Shown piece by piece: positions 34,850 through 44,714 of a DNA stretch of 48,900 nucleotides. A program made the position numbers and the translations under genes. How positions within the stretch are numbered: position 1 is the first letter of the stretch; the number at the start of each line of letters is the position of its first letter. Source of the DNA: Chiloscyllium plagiosum (lineage: Eukaryota); NCBI RefSeq assembly GCF_004010195.1, contig NC_057719.1:8304224-8353123 (forward strand), in the 5' to 3' direction. Under the pieces are notes generated by a model. It had not been told where the DNA came from. It did no database searches and saw nothing but the letters and a program-made list of their open reading frames with translations.

Positions 34850-35599
34850 GATGTAGAAGGAGGCCATTCAGCCCATCGAGTCTGTAACAGCTCTCCAATG
34901 AATGATATGATTTGGAGCTTTGGACCTGTCTTTTCCCATTATCCTTCACATCGTTTCATTTCAAATAATCATCCAATCCCCTCTTGAGTAACTCCAGGCA
35001 ATTTCCAGGCAATGCATTCCAGAGCCTAATCATTTGCTGTGTGAAAGTTTTTTTTTATTCTCACATTGCGTTTACTCTTTTTGCAAATCACTTTAGCTCT
35101 GTGTCCACTCGTCCCTATTGAGTCGATCTAACCCTCTCATGATTTTGAAAACCTCTATCATATCTCTCTCTCCAAGGGAAACAGTCCTCTCCAAACTGTC
35201 TTCATAGCTCTCATTTCTCAAACCACTTCTGTGAATCTCTTCTGCACACTCTCCAATCGTTCACACCCTTCCTGAGGTGTGGCACCCAGAACTGTACACA
35301 ATACTTGAGCTGAGGTCCAGACAGTGTCCTATTTAAGTTCAGCATTACCTCCTCACTCTTGTATTCTATGCTACTATTAAAGCTGTGGACACTGTTCTTT
35401 ATTGACTGGTCTCTCCAGCTGTCCTGACACCTTCAGTGATCTTTGCACATACACACCCAAAGACCTTTCCTCCTGTACTTAGGTTTTGCATACCCTATTT
35501 TATACTGTCTATTCCTGATCTTCTGCACGCTCCACCAAATTTGTTGTGACCTTTGGGGGTTCTATTTTATCCTCTTCACAGTATACAATGCTTCCAAGT

Positions 35600-35795
35600 T
35601 TGTGGACATAGTTTTGTTCGCTGAGCTGAATGGTTCATTTTCAGACCTTTCGTCACCGTACTAGGTAACATCTTCAATGAGCTTCTGGTCAATGCCTGGA
35701 GGCTCACTGACGATGTTGGGATTAGAGAGGTGCTGGAAAAGCACAGCCGGTCAGGCAGCATCCGAGGAGCAGGAAAATCGACATTTCAGGCAAAA
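35600..35795 (-). mobile_element. Adjacent PLE pseudo-LTR remnants (families B and A)
   Basis: Minus strand TTGAAGA-T-GTTACC-TAGTAC-GGTGAC-GAAA-GGTC; family A body at about 35730-35795. Confidence 0.7.
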
Positions 35796-35828
35796 GGGGC
35801 AGAGGAGATGACCTTGGGGTTGGAGTGA

Positions 35829-37830
35829 GATGGTGATGGTGATGTCTGGGACATTGTCTGTATCATTCCATGATATGACCCTGTCAGGCTGTTGCTTGAC
35901 TAGTCTGTAAGACAGCCCTCCCATTTCAGAACTAGCTCCCAAATAATAGTAAGGAGGACTTCGCAGGATCGACAGGAGTCATATCATGGAATGATGCAGA
36001 CAATGTCCCAGACATCACCATCACCATCCCTGGCTGCGGTCTAGTCCCACCGGCAGGACAGACCTGGCAGAGATGGCGGCACAGTGGTACGCAGTCAGGA
36101 GGGAGTTGCCCTGGGAGTCCTCAGCATTGGTGCTGGACCCATGAAGTCTCATGGCTTCAGGTTAAACATGTCAGTCTTCAGCTAATTTGATTCACTCTAT
36201 GGAATACCAAGAAATGGTTGGAGGCACTGGATACTGCAAAGGCTACAGGCCCTGACAACATTCCAGCAATGTGCTCCAGAACTTGCAGTACACTTCCAAC
36301 ACTGGCATCTTCCTGTCAACGTGGAAAATTTCCCAGGTGTATCCTGTACACAAAAAGGAGGATAAATCCAACCCGACCAATTATAACCTTATCAGTCTGC
36401 TCTCCATCATCAGTAAAGTGACAGAAGGGGTCCTCAACTGTGCTAACAAGCTGAACTGCTCAGCAATTTCCTGCTCAGTGATGCCCAGTTTGGGTTCCAC
36501 CAGGGCTACTCAGCTCCTGACCTCATTACAGCCTCGGTTCAAACATGGACAGAAGAGCAGAATTCCAGAGGGGAGGGGAGAGTGATAGCCCTTGATATCA
36601 AGACCGCATTCTCCTGAGTTTGGCATCAAGGAGCCTGAGCAAAACTGGAATCAATGGGTATTGGAGGGCAAACTCACTAGTGTTTGGAGTCATACGTGGC
36701 ACATAGGAAGATGGATGTGGTTGTTGGAGGTCAGTCATCTCAGCTCTATGGTAGTGTCCTAAGGCAAAGTAGGCATGATTGCACAATGTTTAGCAGATGT
36801 TCCTCAGATACTGGGCTGACAAGTGACAAATAACATTTGTGCCACACAAATGCCAGGCTATGACTATCTACAATATGAGACAATCTAACCAGGGCCCCTT
36901 CACATTTAGAGTCATAGAGATGTACAGACCCTTCGGTCCAACTCGTCCATGCCAACCAGATATCCCAACCCAATCCAGTCCCACCTGCCAGTACCCGGCC
37001 CATATCCCTCCAAACCCTTCCTATTCATATACCCATCCAAATGCCTTTTAAATGTTGTAATTGTACCCACCTCTGGCAGTTCATTCCATACACGTACCAC
37101 CCTCTGTGTGAAAAATTGCCCCTTAGGTCTCTTTTATATCTTTCCCAGAGGACAGACTTTGTCTATTTATCCTATCCATGCCCCTCATGATTTTATAAAC
37201 TTCTATAAGGTCACCCCTCAACCCACGGTTTCTCCAGGGAAAATAGCCCCAGCCTATTCAGCCTCTCCCTATAGCTCAAATCCTCCAACCCTGGCAACAT
37301 ACTTGTAAATCTTTTCTGAATCCATTCAAGTTTCACAACATCCTTCCAATAGGAAGGAGACCAGAATTGCACACAATGTTCCAACAGTGGCCTAATGGCA
37401 TTACTATCAATGAATCCCCCCACCATCAAAATCCTGGGAAACTCAACTGGACTTGCCACGTACATGGAGTAATCCACTCTTGCCTGGGTGGGTGCAGCTC
37501 CACCAACACTCAAGAAGCTTGACACCATCCAAGACCAAGCAGCCCGCTTGATTGGCACCACATCTATGAACATCCACTCCATCCACCAATGATGCTCAGT
37601 AGCACATTGTACGAGCTACAAGATGCACTGCAGAGATGCACTGCAGGACACCAAAGATCCTTCGACAGTACCTTCAAAACCCATGACCACTTCCATCTAG
37701 AAGGACAAGGGCAGCAAATACATGGGAACACCACCTCGTGAGAGTTCCCATCCAAGCCACTCACCATCCTGGCTTGAAAATATATCGGCGTTCCTTCACT
37801 GTCACTGGATCAAAGTCCTGCAACAGGCAT
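35829..37830 (+). mobile_element. Second LINE family (CR1/L2 clade): deleted endonuclease and RT remnants with inverted 5' segment, interrupted by a CR1 (-) at about 36908-37395
   Basis: LVKQQPD..DNVPDITITI (APE region), LDTAKATGPDNIPA and WKISQVYPVHKKEDKSNPTNYNLISLLSIISKV (pre-RT). Confidence 0.85.
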
Positions 37831-38400
37831 TGGTTGTCCTGAAGGGCGGATCTTAAGTTGTGACATCAATTAACCCTTTCGGGTACTAACTGCCTTGTTA
37901 CAGATGATAACTGACTTCAGGAAGACAAGACAGACCGTTCAGTTAGACAGACAGGTGGTAGGTTCGAGGATGGATAGAGTGTCACAAATTCAGCTACCCA
38001 AAACAAACAAGCGCTGAAAGTCAGGCAGCTTTATCATCTTCCATGCCTCAATGTTAATTATGGGTAATTAAAAAAGAAATTTATTGAGTCAGATTTTTAA
38101 TCAGTAAGGGGAAAAAGAAAGTATAGTTGAGGATAATCAGATCAACCATTGAATGGCAGAGCTGGCTTGATGGGCTGAATGGCCTATATCTTATGCTCTT
38201 GGACCATTGGGTAGTGCCCTATTTCTGTGGTGTGACTAGTCAGTGGCTTCGCCAGCTGTAGCCTGTGTGTTAAGCCCTTGACCTGTCCGACCCTGGGTTG
38301 ACCTGAACAAACCCCAACCTAAAACTTGGAAGTCTCCAAGAGCCAATCTAACCCCTGACCTGGAAGGTGTCAGATTCCGTAAGTATTGGTGGAGTTATAC

Positions 38401-38740
38401 AATCCCTACAGTGTAGGAAACAGTTCCTGTGGCCCAACAAATCCACACCAACCCTCTCAAGAGTAACCCACCCAGACCCATTCCTGTTATCCTATATTTA
38501 CCCGTGACAAATGCACTTAACCTACAGATCCCTGAACACTATGGGCAATTTAGCTTGGCCAATTCACCCGACCTGCGCAAGTTTGGATTGTGTAAGGAAA
38601 CCAGAGCACCCAGAGGAAACCTACACAGACACAGGGAGAACATGCAAACTCCACACAGACAGTCGCCCGAGGCTCGAATCAAACCTGGGTCCCTGGCTCT
38701 GTGAGGCAGCAGTGCTAACCACTGAGCCACTGTGCCGCCG
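38401..38740 (-). mobile_element. HE1 V-SINE, full length
   Basis: Head, V-domain and tail on the minus strand. Confidence 0.9.
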
Positions 38741-39269
38741 AGTGAGGGGAGGCAAAATGGTGCAGTTTGAGAGCAGCAGGGGGCACACAGGATGCTTCAG
38801 AGCCCCGTTCTTGGTGCCACCCTCAGGGAGACAGCTCCTGCTCTCAGCGGATTCTCTGGGAGTTTGTACCCGATTCTGTCAGCCTCAGCCTTGGATTCCA
38901 CTTGGACAGTTAACTTTTGTTGTTTCCAAAGAGTGAATGATGTGGCTTTTCGAAGCTGATGAGTAGAAAAGAGCAGCTCCCACATCACCCACCAATAGAT
39001 TCTGTGGGGAAACAGCCCATGGCTCATTGTGCATGACATTGCTGTTTATTATCCAGAGGATTTGCTGTGACTGCATTGCAGGTTCTGCCTGGGTTCGGCT
39101 CACTTGCTGTCTCTGGCAGAGGGAAAACAGCTCAATCCAGGCAGTGTAAATTACTGTAGCACTACAGAGACGTCAAATCATTGGTTTGATAATAAAGATG
39201 CATCTTAATAGTGAATAAACTGTCAACTCTCACTCAGCTGACTGTAACAAAACATCCCCAGTGAAGGTC

Positions 39270-39275
39270 CCTCTC

Positions 39276-39306
<31 letters not shown>

Positions 39307-39308
39307 CC
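39270..39308. repeat. (CT)n microsatellite
   Basis: Direct reading. Confidence 0.9.
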
Positions 39309-39814
39309 TCACCCTCTCACATTTCTGCCCTTGGTTTCCTCACCTTATTCACGGTCCCTTGGGGCATCAATTGCACAAGTGAAATTGACCTTCACACAGA
39401 CTCTAATGCCAACCAGCTTAAACACTCCAACTCTTGACCCCTGGATTAAAGAATCTATTTTTATATGTTGTTTATCCCTAAGGGTTGCTCATCCCTAATT
39501 GCCCTTGAACTGAGAGGCTCACTTGGCTGTTTCAGAGGGCAGTTTAGTGTGAACCGCATTGCTGTCAGTCTGGAATCATGTGGCGACCAGGCAGGTTGGA
39601 ATGATGGATTTTAATGAACTAAATGGACTATTACAGCAATAGATTGCCATTTCACATTCACCGTTTCAACTCCAGAATTATAAATGGAAGTTTAAAATTT
39701 AGCCAGCTGTGGGAGTTGGACCCATGCCCTGACATTATCAGTCTATCATCATTTCTCTGCACATGCTCCTTCCTTCAGACTGCATTCGTTCTGATCAACA
39801 TTGGTAAGAAGCTC

Positions 39815-39943
39815 GGAGAAAGTGAGGACTGCAGATGCTGGCAATCAGAGTTGAAATGTGCGGTGCTGGAAAAGCACAGCAGGTCAGGCAGCATCCAAGG
39901 AGCAGGAGAGTTGACGTTTCAGGTATAAGCCCTTCATCAGGAA
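39815..39943 (-). mobile_element. Solo PLE pseudo-LTR (family A) with intact hammerhead core nucleotides
   Basis: Minus strand CTGATGA-A-GGGC-TTAT-ACCT-GAAA-CGTC at 39913-39940 (stem II weakened). Confidence 0.8.
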
Positions 39944-39964
39944 CTTAGTAAATGGGGAATGACT

Positions 39965-40655
39965 TCAGAAATCTGAAGTACAAAGGGACTTAAGAGTGCT
40001 AGTTCAGGATTCTCTTCGGGTTAATGTGCAGGTGTAGTTGGCAGTTAGGGAGTCAAATGTAATGTTAGGATTAATTTCAAGAGGACTAGAAAACAAAAGC
40101 AGGGATGTACTGCTGAGGCTGGATAAGGCTGTGGTCAGGCTGCATTTGGAATATTGTGAACAGTTTTGCACCCCGTGTTCAAGGAAGCATGTATTGGTGA
40201 GAGTCCAGAAGAGGTTTATGAGAATGATTCTGGGAATGAAGGGCTTGTCATATCTGGAGCGGTTGAGGACTCTGGGTCTGTATACGATGAGTTTAGAAGG
40301 ATGAGGGGGAATCTGATTGAAGCTTACAGGATACTGAGATGCCTGGATAGAGTGGATGCAGAGAAGATGTTTCCACTAGTAGTAGACGCGAGGGCACGGC
40401 CTCAGAGCGAAGGGACGACCCTTTAGATGGGAGATGAGGAGGAATTTCTGGGGAAGTCTGGGGAACTCATTGCTGTGCACAGATATGGAATCCAAGTCAC
40501 TGAGTGTAATTAAGACAGAGATAAACAAGTTATTGATTGGTAAGGAGATCAAGGGTTACGGGAAGAAGGCAGGAGAATGAAGTTGTGAAACACACCAGCC
40601 ATGATCGAATGGTGGAGCAGACTCGATGGGCTGAATGGCCTGATTCTGTTCCAAT
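39965..40655 (+). mobile_element. CR1 LINE 3' fragment
   Basis: ORF 40038..40304 LGLISRGLENKSRDVLLRL..VRLHLEYCEQF. Confidence 0.88.
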
Positions 40656-40721
40656 ATATTAAGTGACAATTTCTTGTCCCTACATTTGCTACTTAGTTCA
40701 TTCTGTTTCTGGATAATTAGT

Positions 40722-41036
40722 GGGTGGCACGGTGGCACAGTGGTTAGCACTGCTGCCTCACATCGCTAGAGACCCGGGTTCAATTCCCGCCTCAGGCGAC
40801 TGACTGTGTGGAGTTTGCACGTTCTCCCCGTGTCTGCGTGGGTTTCCTCCGGGTGCTCCGGTTTCCTCCCACCATCCAAAGATGTGCAGGGTCAGGTGAA
40901 TTGGCCATGCTAAATTGTCCGTAGTGTTAGGTAAGGGGTAAATGTAGGGGTATGGGTGGGTTTTGCTTCGGCGGGTCGGTGTGGACTTGTTGGGCCGAAG
41001 GGCCTGTTTCCACACTGTAATCTAATCTAATCTAAT
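40722..41036 (+). mobile_element. HE1 V-SINE, full length and young
   Basis: Pol III A box TGGCACAGTGG (40733-40743), B box GGTTCAATTCC (40777-40787), CpG-rich V-domain, (TCTAA)n tail. Confidence 0.95.
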
Positions 41037-41384
41037 ACTTAAGCTGAAAATATGTAAACTTCAATCCAGTCGCTGAGTTCAGAGGTCATTCTATTCCCTC
41101 TCCACCATAACTGACTGTCCTTGCCTGTCTCCATCCAATAACTCAAACTGTTTGAATGCTGTTCTGACCTTTGCCCAGGTTTTTGAAATGATAGCTCGAT
41201 ATTTTTTGACATTGATGCTGTCTCAGGGAAACAGGTTGCAGATGTTGTTGCTCTCAGTCCAAGAATAACCACTCAACTAAGAATAATGTGAAGTCAAATT
41301 TCCAACTTTAGGAAATGCTGGTTGACGGATGAAAATGTGGAAAGAAATTGTTATATCTTGCAGATAAAATCAAATAATTATCAA

Positions 41385-42542
41385 TTGATCAGATGGGCCA
41401 ATGGGCCGAGGAGTGGCAAATGGAGAAAATTTAGATTAATGTGAGGTGCTGCATATTGGAAAAGCAAATCAGAGCAAGACTTATGCACTTAATAATAAGG
41501 TCCTGGGAGTGTTGCTGAACAAAGAGATCTTGGAGTGCAAGGTCATAGCTCCTTGAAAGTGGAGTCGCAGGTAGATAGGATAGTGAAGAAGGCGTTTGGT
41601 ATGCTTTCATTTATTGGTCAGTGCATTGAGTGATAGGAGTTGGGAGGTCATGTTGCAGCTGTACATAACATTAGTTAGGCCACTTTTGGAATACTGTGTC
41701 CAATTCTGGTCTCCCTGCATTAGGAAGGATGTTGTGAAGTCTGAAAGGGTTCAAAAAAGATTTACAAGGATATTACCAGGGTTGAAGAGTTTGAGCTGTA
41801 GGGAGAGGCTGAATATGCTGGGATTATTTTCCCTGGAGTGTTGGAGGCTGAGGGATGACTTTATAGAGGTTTATAAAATCATGAAAGGCATGGAATAGTG
41901 AAGAAGGCGTTTGGTATGCTTTCATTTATTGGTCACTGCATTGAGTAATAGGAGTTGGGAGGTCATGTTGCAGCTGTACATAACATTAGTTAGGCCACTG
42001 TTGGAATACTGTGTCCAATTCTGGTCTCCCTGCATTAGGAAGGATGTTGTGAAGTCTGAAAGGGTTCAAAAAAGATTTACAAGGATATTACCAGGGTTGA
42101 AGAGTTTGAGCTGTAGGGAGAAGCTGAATATGCTGGGATTATTTTCCCTGGAGTGTCGGAGGCTGAGGGATGACTTTATAGAGGTTTATGAAATCATGAA
42201 AGGCATGGATTGGATCAATGGGCAAGGTCTTATCCCCAGGGTAGTGGGAAGTCCAAAACTAGAGGGCATACATTTAAGATGAGAGGGGAAAGATATAAAA
42301 GAGACCTACGGGACAACGTTTTCATGCAGAGGGTGGTACATGTATGGAATAAACTGCCCGCGGAAGTGGTAGAGGCTGGTACAATTACAACATTTAAAAG
42401 GCATTTGTATAAGTATATAAATAGGATGGATTTAGAGGGATAAGGGCCAAATGCTGGCAAATAGGATTAGATTTATTTCGGATATCTGGTCGGCATGGAA
42501 GAGTTGGACCAAAGGGTCTGTTTCCGTGATATTCGTGACTCT
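41385..42542 (+). mobile_element. CR1 LINE 3' fragment with an internal 315-bp tandem duplication
   Basis: Near-identical ORFs 41596..41898 and 41911..42282; units 41580-41894 and 41895-42209. Confidence 0.95.
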
Positions 42543-43159
42543 AAATGCAACAGCATGACATGATCTTGGTTTGGAAGGTGTTGATTCCATATGAGGTGGA
42601 AGTAAGAAATTAGAAGGGGAGGGAGATGCTGGTAATCCTGTAACAGTAGCTATAATGTAAGACAGAGAATAACTCAGGAGATAATAGAAAAGGCAGTACA
42701 TTCATCTTTAATGGGTCCTTTAATCTTCCCGTAAGTTTGGAAATGCAAACTGGCAGAGATAGCAACACGGAAGAATTTATTAATCCTTGAAAAATTGTGG
42801 ATCCAACCAGAGAATCAGGCTATTACAGATTTGCTAATGTGGTAATGAACCAGTTTTAATAAATGACCTCAGAGTAAACGATCCCAAAGGAAACATTGAT
42901 TGTAACATTTTAGAACATAGCATTCTGTTTGAAAGTGAGAAACCTGAATTGAAAAAGCAGGATGCAGCCTTCATTGAAAGGTCTAGGATGTGAGGAAAGA
43001 CTGAATAGAGCAGTGAGGTTTGATAACAGCATATAGTATTATGAGAGGCATGGATAGGGTGGAGAGGTTTAGATTCCTGAAGGAGTCCTATGCGGATGGC
43101 ACACTGGCTCAGTGGTTAGCACTGCTGCCTCACAACACCAGGGACTTAGGTTCGATTTT

Positions 43160-43630
43160 GGCAGAAACAGCTGAATATTATTTAAATGGAAAAAGACTGC
43201 AGAAAGTTGCAGTACAGAGGGATTGGGGTCCTAGTGCCTAAGTCACATAAAGCTAGTGTGCAAGCTCAGTGGATAATAGGAAAGGCAAATCGACTGTTGG
43301 CGATTTCAAAAGGAATTAGTTTTAAAATATGGAAGTCTTGCAATAACTATACAAGGCATGAGTGAGACCACAGCTGGAATACTGTGAACAGATTTAGACT
43401 CCTTATCTAAACGACTAAGGCTGTCCAAAGAAGGTTCACTTGGTTGATCCCAGATATGAAGGGATTTTGTAAATGTTGACAGGTTAGGCCTGTACCTGAT
43501 AGGGTTAGGTTCGGATTAAGGCTGTTTCCACTTCTAGGACAGTCTAGGGCACAATCTCAAAGTAAGAGATCACACATTTAAGACAGCGATGTGGAGAATT
43601 TCTTCTCTCAGTGGGTAGAGAATCTGCAGA
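43160..43630 (+). mobile_element. Old CR1 fragment
   Basis: YYLNGKRLQKVAVQRD motif; GTGAGACCACAGCTGGAATACTGTGAACAG. Confidence 0.7.
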
Positions 43631-43680
43631 GTTCTGTACAGTTGCTGATCCATTAAATCCTGTACATGCACTCACATAAG

Positions 43681-44266
43681 GGGCAGCACAGTGGTTAGCA
43701 CTGCTGCCTCACAGCACCAGACTCCCAGGTTCAATTCCAGCCTCCAGGACCTGTCTGTATAGAGTTTGCACGTTCTCCCTGTGTCTGCTTGGGTGGGCTC
43801 CGGTTTCCTCCCACAGTCCAAAGATGTGCAGGTCAGGTAAATTAGCCATGCTAAATTGTCCGTAGTGTTAGGTGCATTAGTCAGAGGGTCGGTGTGGACT
43901 TGTTGGGCCGAAGGGCCTGTTTCAACACTGTAGGGAATATAATCTAAGGGCGGCACAGTGGCACAGTGGTTGGCACTGCTGCCTCACAGCTCCAGAGACC
44001 CGGGTTCAATTCCCGCCTCAGGCAACTGACTGTGTGGAGTTTGCACATTCTCCCCGTGTCTGCGTGGGTTTCCTCCGGGTGCTCCGGTTTCCTCCCACAG
44101 TCCAAAACAAAATGTGCAGGTCAGGTGAATTGGCCATGCTAAATTGCCCGTGGTATTAGGTGAAGGCGTAAATGTAGAGGAATGGGTCTGGGTGGGATTG
44201 TTCTTCGGAGGGTTGGTGTGGACTTGTTGGGCCGAAGGGCCTGTTTCCACACTGTAAGTAATCTAA
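43681..44266 (+). mobile_element. Two head-to-tail HE1 SINEs (43681-43947, 43948-44266)
   Basis: The second head GGGCGGCACAGTGG begins immediately after the first AATCTAA tail. Confidence 0.9.
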
Positions 44267-44394
44267 ATATGTTCAAAGTTGAGATAGAAAGATCTTGAAT
44301 GAGGGAGGGAATCTGACTGTTATGTTGGATGTTGTCATTGACTAGGGAGAAGATGATTTTATTTTATTTCATCAGTCCTTACCTGCTCACAGAA

Positions 44395-44710
44395 TCCCTA
44401 CATTCAGCCCATCGAGTCCACACCAACCCTCCAAAGAACATCCCACCCAGACCCACACCATCCCTGTAACTCTGCATTTCCCATAGCTAACCCACCTAGC
44501 CTACACATCCTTTGACACTATGGGCAATTTAGCACGGCCAATTCACCTAACCTGCACATCTTTGGACTGTGGGAGGAAACCGGAGCACCCGGAGCACACC
44601 CACGCAGACACGGGGAGAATGTGTAAACTCTACATGGACAGTCACCCAAGGCTAGAATCGAACCCAGGTCCCTGGCTCTGTGAGGTAGCAGTGCTAACCA
44701 CTGAGCTACC
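44395..44710 (-). mobile_element. HE1 V-SINE
   Basis: V-domain and head on the minus strand. Confidence 0.88.
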
Positions 44711-44714
44711 TGTG

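Noticed and set aside
40722..40795. tRNA gene
   Set aside because: The A/B boxes belong to the tRNA-derived head of an HE1 SINE and continue into the V-domain; there is no complete cloverleaf or terminator
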